From: Lophium mytilinum
Taxonomy: Eukaryota
Direction: 5' to 3'
Length of the DNA: 64,000 nt
Assembly (NCBI GenBank): GCA_010093605.1
Contig: MU004181.1
Span: 2,976,001 to 3,040,000 of the forward strand
Below, piece by piece: positions 1 through 9,879 of this stretch; within the stretch, counting starts at the first letter, position 1, and the number at the start of each line of letters is the position of its first letter. The position numbers and the translations under genes were made by a program. Under the pieces are notes generated by a model, which saw only the letters and a program-made list of their open reading frames with translations, was not told the DNA's origin and did no database searches.

Positions 1-728
1 CGGAGGAAGTGGCATGCGGGTTGTGATATCGGAGCAAGAAATCGTTAGATTCTGGAGCGTCGGGTGAAGAAAGATGACAGCATCGTCCCCTAACTCAAAT
101 CTTTGCGTATTCCCATGAGTATGCAAGACGACTAAAATAGGTCAACTAATAGCCTTAAGTGTATGTATTAGGCAGGAATCTTACCAGTTTGAAGCTTGTT
201 GAATAGAAGAGGCCCATTTGAATGCACTTCTAGGCTGGTTGCCCGATTGGCTGCTCGAAACAGGGGTGTGTACCTTATTCTGCAGCCACTCCTCCAAGGA
301 ATCATCTCGTCACCTCGCCAAGGATTGTTGTTGATGCAGGGGGACTCGATTGTTAGATGACGAAGGTTTCGTAGATGTGGTAATATCCGGTCGATAGATT
401 CGATACCACTCTCATTGTCTGATTGAACAATGCCAGTGTCGTCGACCACAACTTTGTGAATATACCGGACCTCAAAGTGCTGAATCTCTAAAGCACGCGA
501 AGGCCTACGATCCAAGGCGGTGGCGAGGCATATAGCGTTGGCTCCAGTGCGGACAAGAACCGATCGGTAGATATATGGTTCAACAAGGGCTTGGAAGCGG
601 CCACACGTTCTGGCAAGCGTGCAAAGGTCCTCGGATTGATCGACCCGCTCAATGACAGCAAGAATCATTTCATCCGCGAGAGAAAGAAATCGGCAAAAGC
701 CAGGCTGAAATGATCCTGGCCCGGCCAT
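1..728 (-). CDS. F-box domain protein (runs off the window start)
   Basis: ATG at 728; N-terminal F-box-like segment FLSLADEMILAVIERV...DLCTLARTCGRFQALVEPYIY; later LRNLRHLTI leucine-rich pattern; GT-AG intron 184..132; frame continues past position 1. Confidence 0.75.
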
Positions 729-1575
729 TGAGGCTGTGGTTGATTCGGAAAGACAATGCAATAGGTTCTCGCTGACGAACACGTTCTTAGAGCTTGAAAG
801 TCGCAGGCTGGTAACGGCTAGTGTTGGAAAAAGGGTAGGTCGTACCAAATACAAGCACTTCTGGCGGACTGTTGGCCTACTAAGCAGGTGTGCTTTAGCC
901 TGCTGAGATTTTTGTCCGTCTTTCGGATTGGCAAGTTTGTTGGTGGGAGGTGAAGGCAGTCGTGGAACGTCGCGAGTACTAGTGGCAATGCTTGTAAGGC
1001 AGTGTCAGCCAATCATGTTTTCGACGTCTCTACCTCCTCGGAATGGCTTCTGCAGCTGTCAAACCGCTCTGCAGCTCTGGATTCCTCAAATCGTCGAACA
1101 CTAAGTCACTACTTCCACCTTGACATTGAACCTCTGTGATAGATTATCGTCGGGCATGTATGGAATACTCCACCAGCGCGTCGTCACGATGATCAGAGCT
1201 CCGGCGCGCATCATGTAACTTACCTTCGCCAAAGTAGTAGTGAAAATCTAGCCTACCATCCTCCACTTCAGAGCCTCAAGCACTTATTGTGTCTAGAAGT
1301 TTGATGGTGGCCTAGATTATAGATTGGAGCTTAAAAGGACTTGGGATGGAGTACAATCCTCTAGCCTCTATATTGGCGATTTTCAATGCTCAAAGTACCT
1401 AGGTAGCTTCTCGTTCAGTGGGGCATCACAAGGGTGCAAGTACAGTCACCCTCAAACGGACTGTGCACTGACTGGGGCTGGCACAGTGCAATACCCTTGT
1501 TTTGCACACGGGTGGTGTCCAGTCCGTTCACGAAGAGGGGAGGGGTTGACAGTTGGAGGCCGTATACTTGAAAGG

Positions 1576-1583
1576 TATAAATA
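1576..1583 (+). promoter_or_regulatory. TATA box upstream of the GST locus
   Basis: TATAAATA about 100 nt upstream of ATG 1675. Confidence 0.5.
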
Positions 1584-1674
1584 GTTAGCTCTCACACTTA
1601 GTCCACTTCATCTCACAGTTGCACATTCCTCCATCTACAACAAAGCAAACACAAAATTGAGTCTGTCTGTCGAA

Positions 1675-2399
1675 ATGACGAAGCCCATCACCCTCTATAG
1701 CCACGCCAGTGGGCCAAACGGTTGGAAGGTTGCCATCCTCCTTGAAGAGCTCGAACTCCCCTATGAGACGTCGTGGGTAGTGGTTCGATCAAATCAAGAA
1801 ACAGCCATTTATATCGATTAACCCCAATGGACGGGTCCCAGCCATCGAAGACCCAAATACTGGCGTCACGCTCTTCGAGGTGAGTTCCAAGTAGACATTG
1901 TTCAACTTCACGTAGAGACTGAAGCCACCACTAGTCTGGCGCTATAATCCAGTACCTCGTCGACACCTACGACAACACAAATAAGCTTGCATATACCACT
2001 AGCCCTGAGAAGTACCTCATAGTTTCCTGGCTGCATGTCCAAATGAGCGGCTAGGGCCCTTACTTCGGTCAATCCGCCTGGTTCCAATATCTCCACCCGG
2101 AGAAGAACTTGACGTCTGCGATCGACCGCTACAACAACGAGATCAAACGCCTCGTCGGGGTCATAGACCAACACCTGAAGGACACTGGGGCGCAGTATCT
2201 TGTCGGCGACAAGTGCACATACGCCGATCTGGCGTTTGTCATGTGGGACCAATTCATACCAGCCTTCGTGAAGGATTGGGACTTCAAGACTGAAGCGCCC
2301 GACTTTGCAGCCTGGAACGACAGAGTCGTGGCCAGACCTGCCGTGCAGAAGGCTTTGACGGATAAGGCGAAGGCTATGGCCGCTGCACCGCCTCACTAA
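1675..2399 (+). pseudogene. Glutathione S-transferase (Ure2/GST-II-like), disrupted
   Basis: MTKPITLYSHASGPNGWKVAILLEELELPYE...INPNGRVPAIEDPNTGVTLFE|SGAIIQYL...QMSG*GPYFGQ...YLVGDKCTYADL. A +1 frameshift lies near 1780-1783, and an in-frame TAG at 2052-2054 replaces the conserved Gln. One GT-AG intron at about 1880-1934. Confidence 0.85.
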
Positions 2400-2940
2400 T
2401 TACAGACCTTGAAGAGACCTGAAACAATCAGAGAATTAGAGACAAAGCTGAGTAGACTATGGGATGCAGGAGGTAGAGTCTAGAAGGAACTTAGCGATCA
2501 TGCGCACCTGTGTAGCTATATTACCTGTCCATCGCTTGTGAATGCGTACAAACGGTGAATTGACCTCCAAGCTCCCGCTTTTGACTTATGCAAGCACACG
2601 AACGCTGTTAGTGTAGAAGGTATCTTTTTAGTTCTCGTATTCAAGGTTCTCTCATCCAGCCATGCCTTCCCTTTTGCAATCATGGTTTCAGCTCGTTTAG
2701 ATCCTAGCACCTTTAGCAGACAATGATCCACAGGCCTCCGCGCTAGTCTGGGGAACCTTGAACTTTACTCCCAGAACGGACTTTGCTCGAACAACTCTTC
2801 CTCCGTTCTAATTTTGTCCGTTTGCGAACTTTTATGATGTACTACAGGACCTCAAGCGGTACTAGGCTGGTGTACGAAAGTTCTAGAGGGCGTGTGTTGC
2901 TCAAGTATTTCGCTCCACTTCTCGTCACGTAAAGCTTTCT

Positions 2941-3140
2941 GTTGGTTGCATCGCTATCGATATCGTGGAGCCAATGCGACAGGCCGAGGGTTAGTAGTTC
3001 CATTATTCCGGTCGCATCGAGCTCCGCGGTAGGGATACGGTCAACGAGTGGAACCCCCCTCTCCCCCCCCTGGGCAGAGGAACGGTCACGTCCAGTACGC
3101 CGACGGGTGGACCTTGGAGGGTTGTGGGTCCGGGTCTGGC
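2941..3140 (+). ncRNA. Candidate structured non-coding RNA (family unassigned)
   Basis: Long imperfect hairpin 2941-3045 with several G-U pairs on the + strand, followed by two smaller hairpins; no credible ORF. Confidence 0.25.
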
Positions 3141-3459
3141 TAAGAGAAGATCAAGTGCGTGAATGGAGATAATGGCCTTGGGACTGCGGTGGTTATAAAT
3201 CTCCGAACTGGGGAACGAAGCGCGGTCAATAGGTAAATGGGGTTTGAATGTACTAATACTAATCCGTCTTATAAAAAGAAGAGAAGAAGAAGGGAGGGCG
3301 GAAGGTTCTATACAAACTTGTGATACACGCGGAAATGCCGCCCTGCTCCAGGAGCCCCGGCGAAGCACGCTTGGCTCAACAGTCAACACCATCCAATGCT
3401 AAACCCTCGAAAGTTGTCTCCAGGTTTGCTAGTCCGAACAACGGGAAAGCCTTGCTAGT

Positions 3460-5346
3460 TCAACCGGCATGCTCCACGATCTCGCTAAGCAACTTGCCGT
3501 TCTTGATGTAGCTCCTGAACTGCTCCGGAATTGGCGCCTCTGTATAATCACCCCCTTCCTCTTCTGGGGGTAGGTTGATGTTGATGCTCGTGCACTTGCT
3601 GGTGAAAATCTCGGTGGCTAGGCTATCCTTCGACAAGTAGATTTGTGCACCATCCACCTGATCCATGAGCACAGTTGGGAGCGTGCCGAGAACTTGGAGA
3701 GCGAAATTGGGGGCTTTGATCACATCGACAGAGGAGACGAGGGAGTCAATAATCAGCGAAGTACGAGAAGAGTTGTCGAGAGAGATGGCATTGGCCTTGC
3801 CATTAATACGAATGGTGGTACTCTTGCATCCGGAGATCAGGACGGAGTGATTGATTTCGGCATCGATTTCGACGATATCACCAGGTGCATCGAAGTTATC
3901 CTGCGGGCTATCGGTTAGCTACACGGTGCATCAAAAGAATCACAATAGTAGCAAAGTACTTACGATTATCCATTTGTTTCCATCTAACTCTTTTCTTGGG
4001 GGCTTCTTCGTTCGCATGCTTTGTGGCTTCGGCTTCTTTCCAGGAGGTGCAGGGCTCTTGCTCCGTCCAATTGAATCGATGCTGGCACTGCGTTCTGGCA
4101 CTGGTGCAGTAGCCCGCAATGATGGGTTCTTGTGCGTCATCTGGCTCTGATCAACCTTCTTCAAGCCTTTTGTAACGTTTTCTCCCTTGTTGAGGTCGCT
4201 GAAAACAGCACCCATATCCGCAGCTTTTGCTTTCGGTGCTGGAGGCATTGGTGGAGGGGGAGGTCCAGGTGGCGGTGGAATTGCTCCTGCCGGGGCGGGA
4301 GGAGCCGGAGCTCCATTTGTGGCACCTCCAGCTGCAGAAGATTTGACTTCCTTCAGAGCCTCGCTAGCGTCGATGCCATCTTTATTCCATGCAACGCCAG
4401 TCAGGTGGTATTGCTTTACGTAGGCAGCGAGCGATTTGTACAATTTATAGTAGGCTTGGACCCACTCTACGTTCGATCGGTCTGGTCTGCGCTTGCATGT
4501 TAGTAAAATTCCTAGAAACTCACTATACGGATAGCTCACTTTTCCTTGTACTCCTTTAGAACCTTGTTGCCATACATCTGTGCTCCACCAAAGAGCTCTG
4601 TGACGTGATCCGCGGGCTTCGACTCTATGGTGATCCAGCTGAGTGTGTCTACACCATCCGCAACCATTGATAATGGGTCTTTGAGTGCTGGCTCCCTGTT
4701 GGACTGCCGCACATCAGACACCTTAGACATGGCTTGTGTAATATCCTTCAGGAGATCCATATATTTCGGGGACCCCATATCTGGTTTTTTGGCCTTGGTC
4801 GCTACGAGGAGGAAGACCCGCTGCGCATCGAACGCTTGCTTGACTGCTTTCGCCTGTACCCGTTGCTGATAAGCATGCAAGCTTCACAAGTTCGTCATGT
4901 ACGGTCGCGTACCTGTCCGTCAATGACACCTCCCAGCTTGGTACTCAGATCCAGCCACGCCTTGAGCTCTGTATTGAGGAGCGTGTCGAAAGCCTCGACT
5001 GAAGGGGGCAGAACAACCACTGGCTTCGCCGGGGAGGAAGATGTGCTGCCAACAGTTGGCATCGGAGGCGCAGGAGGCACGGCAGACGAATTAGAGCCAT
5101 TGGCGGTGGTAGATTCCGGGTCGACAGACGTCGCGGCGATGTCTTCCAGGCGAGAGGTGGCAGCCTCGAGCCTAAGTATTATGGTAGTCAGCGCATCTGG
5201 TTGCATATGCACGGGTCCGGAGACGCGGCGGGCGATGGCGTTATCGTGTTCGCTCATGGTCGAGTCTTATTTGTGTTTGGATGCTAGGAGGGGCCAACAA
5301 ACCTTTTTATCAGAGTAGTCAGATTGTTCATGTTGTTTGCTGCCAT
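3460..5346 (-). CDS. SRV2: Adenylyl cyclase-associated protein Srv2/CAP
   Basis: MAANNMNNLTTLIKR|LEAATSRLED (RLE motif), polyproline tract, WH2-like MGAVFSDLNKGENVTKGLKKV, C-terminal CARP domain ending EIVEHAG; about 6 exons with GT-AG introns. Confidence 0.95.
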
Positions 5347-5653
5347 TATTGCGGGGATAGCGGGAAAGGCAAGGGGAGCTGCCTGTGCAACGGAGTGGGC
5401 TCGCGGGCCAGTGCAGCGCGTGTCGCGGGTGTTGAAGGCAGAGACCAGAAGGAGAGACTGGAAGAGCCGGGGATGAGGCAGAACAAGGCTCGTGCAAGAA
5501 TGTGGTGGTGCTGTGGACCAATAGTAATAAGCAAGCTGAAGTAGTGAAAGTGGTCGTCTCCTGCGAGCTAGCATCACGGAGCGCCAAGAGTGAGACGCAT
5601 CCTATCCACCTAACACGGACCAATCTACCCTGCATCATCTATCTACCTCCAAC

Positions 5654-6810
5654 ATGTCCGCAGTGACCATGGCGGAAGGTGACACGGATGGCGTAGACTT
5701 CTTTACAATGGGCATGTTTATTATTGGTATATCTTTCTAACCACTTTCATATCAAAGCGTAATCTCTAATCTATTCAGACGAGATTGAGTTCCTGCCGCC
5801 CAAACCAGCCGCCAAAGATATACTGGGTGGGGCTGGGACGTACTCTGCCGTAGGAGCTCGCATATTCTCGCCGCCGCCAAAGTCTCAAACTTTAGGCTGG
5901 GTTGTGGACTGCGGGTCTGACTTCCCGTCTGAGCTGCGGGAAACCATTGCGCAGTGGGACACGGGATGTTTGATGCGCGAGACACCGCATAGATTGACCA
6001 CCAGAGGCTGGAACGGTTACGGCGAGAACGACTTCAGAGGTATAGCACAGCATGTCATATCTGTAGCGCGTCTGATCTCATGCAGCTTTCCGCTACACGA
6101 CACCCAAGCTTCGGCTCGATCACACCTGTCTTGAAGGCAAGCTTCTTTGGTCTAAGTCGTTTCATTTGATTTGCTCGCCCATCCGGTGTGTAGACCTAGT
6201 CAGGAACATCTTGGTCATGAGAGATCAATGGCCAGAACCAGGCAAAAAGCCTAGGCCACTTTTCATCTGGGAGCCGGTTCCAGACCTATGCACGCTCGAA
6301 GAGCTTGAGAATTGCAAGGTGGCGCTCAAGCACGTGGATGTCGTTAGTCCCAATCATTCTGAGCTTGGCGCTTTCCATGCAAAGACTGTAGATGGTGCCG
6401 GCCATGTTGATTACCGGGCCGTTGAGGCCCTGTCGAAGCAGTGGACTCAGTGGGGGATCGGACCGGATGGAGACGGAGCTGTTGTAGTGAGAGCTGGCAA
6501 AGATGGCTGCTATGTTAGGGACAAAGTGGTCAGCAAATGGATTCCAGCTGTTCATGGATCAGCAGAGAAAGTGGTCGATCCCACTGGCGGAGGGAATGGG
6601 TTTCTAGGGGGCTTTGCGGTGGGGCTGGTAAGGTGCGGGAAGGTCGAGGATGCGGCGATATGGGGCTCGATCGCAGCCAGCTTCGCAATCGAGCAGATCG
6701 GTATGCCAACTCTTGTCAAAGCAGCGAACGGAGAGACATGGAATGGCGTGCGTGTCGAGCAGCGGCTTGCAGAGTTCAGGAAGAGGCTGGATAGATATGT
6801 ACAGCCCTGA
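5654..6810 (+). CDS. PfkB/ribokinase-family kinase (Mak32-like)
   Basis: DFFTMGMFII|DEI...DILGGAGTYSAVGAR, IWEPVP, SPNHSE and anion-hole VVDPTGGGNGFLGG; two introns. Confidence 0.85.
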
Positions 6811-6864
6811 GTGCCCCAGCAAACACCACAAGGTTCCCCAATTGACGCCCCTCAAATATCATCC

Positions 6865-7220
6865 CTACGATCCGTTCTCTTTCGCTGCTTCGTGCTCTCT
6901 GATCTGTTTGCTCCAGCTTCGAAACGTCAGTCTCCGCATTCGAGATTATGGAGCTCCACTCACTATCGGCTAGGAAAGAATCTGCCCTGTTCTGGCATCT
7001 TGTTCCGGAACTCCCGCTCTGCGCTTATAGACCAGGCGATTGCTGTGATGCCGATGACGACGCCGCTCATGATGGCGGTGTTGGCTTTCCAGTTTGCGGG
7101 CTGCGAGTACCAGCCTCCGGCCGGCGACCAGACGTGCTTGGGGTATCTGACAAGTTAGCAAGGGTGCAATTGGAGAGGTCAGAGCAGATTCCACACGTAC
7201 GGGATCTTTCCTCCGGCCAT
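6865..7220 (-). CDS. Small mitochondrial complex I accessory subunit (NUUM-like)
   Basis: Three-exon model absent from the ORF track: MAGGKIP|YPKHVWSPAGGWYSQPANWKANTAI-(TM)-EREFRNKMPEQGRFFPSR|YWSKQIREHEAAKENGS*. The YPKxVWSPxGGW..P.NWK motif resembles the remembered fungal NUUM subunit. Confidence 0.7.
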
Positions 7221-7443
7221 TGTGAGTGAGAGAGCGGGTGGGATAGCTGTCTGTGTCTCGTCGTCGTCCGCGGTTGAAGTTGAGGCGGAATGATACGGAG
7301 CGGGCGGAAAGCTTGGCGCGGAGCTCGACGCCAGCCAGAAATTTTGATGATGGAGGGTCAAGGAGACACACGACAGATACCCATCACCACTCCCGCCGCC
7401 CCTCGCTCCATCACGCTCCTTTGCTTGCTCAGCGCGGCCTTTG

Positions 7444-8652
7444 ATGAAGCGAATACGCATACAACGATGGGGATCGCAATTCCTAGCCCCTCGGACGCAA
7501 TTCCGCCCTCAATGTCCCCTTCGACCGCCGCAGCACCACCTCTCGCCATTCCCACAACCTCATAGCTGCCGGTCTCAATCGACCTCCGCCGGCGACATAT
7601 TCCCCCCGCTCGATGCCGACGAGTCAGCAGGATTATCACAGCAGGATGAAGACGTCTCCATACCCCCCGAAGCGCTCCCATCGCCGCCCCCCTCCGCCGC
7701 CCTAAAATCAGCCAAACTCGCCGCCCTCCACGCCCGTCTCTCCCTCCCTCCGCGCCTCCCCATCCAGACCCTCGCTCGAGCGCTCGTGCACGAGTCGGCG
7801 GATCCAGATCCCAACTTCAACAACACCTCCCTCGCGATCTTGGGCTCCAACCTTCTCGGCCTATACACCAGCGAGTACCTCCTCTGCCACTACCCCCGCC
7901 TCCCCATCTCCGTCCTCTTCGCCGCGCAGTCTGCCTACGTGGGCACAAAAGCCCTCGCCCTGATGGCCCACGAGTGGGGCATTGAATCCGTCGCCGAGCC
8001 CGGCGGAGAAGTCGACCCAGGTCTACTACAATACCGCAGACTAGCTGCCGGCGCAGCCTGGGGCGAGTTCGCACCACGAGGCACGGGGCGGCCGAACGAG
8101 CAGAAAGGCTGGCGCCGCGGCATCACGTCCAAGATTGTCTACGATGACCAGTTCGGCGACATGCGAATGAAGACGCCGGAGCCCTCGCAGCCCGTTCCGC
8201 TCGACATCGCGGCGGAGAGCTTCGTGCGTGCGCTCATGGGCGCAACGTACCTGCACTGTGGCCGGGCCACCACGAAACGGCTCTTCGCGAGCCACTGGCT
8301 CAGCCGAACGCTGGATCTGTCGAAGATGTTCGAGTTCCGCACGCCGACGGTCGATCTAAGCAAACTGTGTGCGCGAGAGGGGTTCGAGCCGGCGGTAGCA
8401 CGGCTGATATCCGAGACGGGGCGAGCGAGCAGGCATCCGGTGTTCGTGGTGGGCGTGTACAGTGGGAAGGATAAGCTGGGCGAAGGGGCAGGTGGCAGCA
8501 TAGACGAGGCGCGGGTCCGCGCCGCGGTTATGGCACTCAAGAGTTGGTACCTGTACAAGCCGCTGGACGTAACACTCCCGTCAGACGCAGAGGGCATGGA
8601 GCCCACGAAGTGGAAACCGAATCTCGTGGATCTAGGGGAGGTAATTGTGTGA
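7444..8652 (+). CDS. MRPL3: Mitochondrial ribosomal protein mL44 (RNase III-like plus dsRBD)
   Basis: Intronless ORF with an Arg-rich presequence; SAKLAALHARLSLP, LLCHYPRLP, PVARLISETGRASRHPVFVVGVYSG..KLGEG.G. Confidence 0.9.
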   Translation: MKRIRIQRWGSQFLAPRTQFRPQCPLRPPQHHLSPFPQPHSCRSQSTSAGDIFPPLDADESAGLSQQDEDVSIPPEALPSPPPSAALKSAKLAALHARLSLPPRLPIQTLARALVHESADPDPNFNNTSLAILGSNLLGLYTSEYLLCHYPRLPISVLFAAQSAYVGTKALALMAHEWGIESVAEPGGEVDPGLLQYRRLAAGAAWGEFAPRGTGRPNEQKGWRRGITSKIVYDDQFGDMRMKTPEPSQPVPLDIAAESFVRALMGATYLHCGRATTKRLFASHWLSRTLDLSKMFEFRTPTVDLSKLCAREGFEPAVARLISETGRASRHPVFVVGVYSGKDKLGEGAGGSIDEARVRAAVMALKSWYLYKPLDVTLPSDAEGMEPTKWKPNLVDLGEVIV

Positions 8653-9879
8653 GTACGGCACACGAGCGGTCTATGTTCCAACGGAGTGCCGCTTTTTACT
8701 TTCGCGTATATGACCAACACACCCACCTACATTTTGGAAGTCATTTGGGTACGATAGAAAAGAAGGGGTCACACAAGGCATGTCCACTGGTGGCTGGTGG
8801 CGGGGCCATTTTGTATCATATAAGGAGCAAAGAGAGGAATGAGAAGCAAGGTCTGCTTGCGTCTGTCTGCATTGAGCGACAAGGGCTCTGGGAAGGTGTT
8901 TTTGTGCATTTGGCTGTAGATCTAACTGTATAAAAAGACAACACTTTATCCATCCTCTAGATCCTCTTTCTGTCATTATATGGCTTATCCTGATCGATGT
9001 AGCAACTTTGAGCAGAGTGAGAAGTTCTGCAAGTCGACCTCTCGGGGCAGCTTCACGGTAGAATCATGATAAGATACGGAGACCACACTTCACGCTCGCG
9101 GACTTCGCATCCATCAAGATTTTTGAAACATGAAAGGGGCTCCTCAACGATGTTTCTAGCCCTGCTTGCGCGTCGAGAATGCCAAAGTATGCCACCCATG
9201 CAGTCATTCAAAGAAAGCCTTGGCAACATATGTGTGATATATCGTAATATTGTTCGTGATAGAGATGGCTATATCGGAGGATGATAAAAGACCAGAAAGC
9301 CTATTCATATACCTGCGCCAACCCAACCTATATCTTCCGTTCGCCGATCCTAATGAGATAACGAAAACGAATAAAACTCAAAGGAAAACAAAATTATGCA
9401 CGCTGAAATGGGTGTTGCTCGGAACGCTGTCAGATGAATACAACGCAGATGCCAAAACGCTTCAGAATGGTGTGTGGAACGCTAGTTTCAATGCGGGATA
9501 TCGGATGCGGGTCGTGGGCGTCATGATAGATGCTTGAACGCTTGCATGAGAATGAGCGGAGAGGACGAGAAAAGAAGGAAAGGAGGCTCAGAACTGAGAT
9601 TTAAGGGTATCAGATGGGCCGACCAAAATAAACACCATGTAATGAAACGCCTTCGCTAGATTCTCCAAGCACGCCGGGTCAGTCGAAAAACATAATAGAA
9701 GAAGATACTACCGATTTCGCCAAGCCGTCCGTCCATCCATTGGTCCTTTGCTGCCTTTGGTCATTTCGTGTCGTGTGATCGTCCCTCATTGGTCGTCATT
9801 GTTCATTCTTACTCTCCTGGTGATACGTCTGCCGTTAATCAAGGCTCCCTTCCATCTCTTCAGTGTCAGGTAAAAGGTT

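Noticed and set aside
2052..2054. In-frame TAG as evidence for an alternative genetic code or corrective A-to-I editing
   Set aside because: TAG serves as a normal stop in other genes here, editing would give Trp rather than the conserved Gln, and the gene has an independent frameshift.
2987..2994. CTAACCCT on the minus strand as a telomerase RNA template
   Set aside because: An 8-mer expected by chance (the same AGGGTTAG occurs at 12233-12240); it is enclosed in a small hairpin loop; no pseudoknot or CR4/5 was recognised and there is little room for a roughly 2-kb fungal TER.
3138..3158. GGCTAAGA..GATCAAGTG resembling U2 snRNA
   Set aside because: Interrupted and lacks the branch-site pairing GTAGTA and the flanking U2 sequence.
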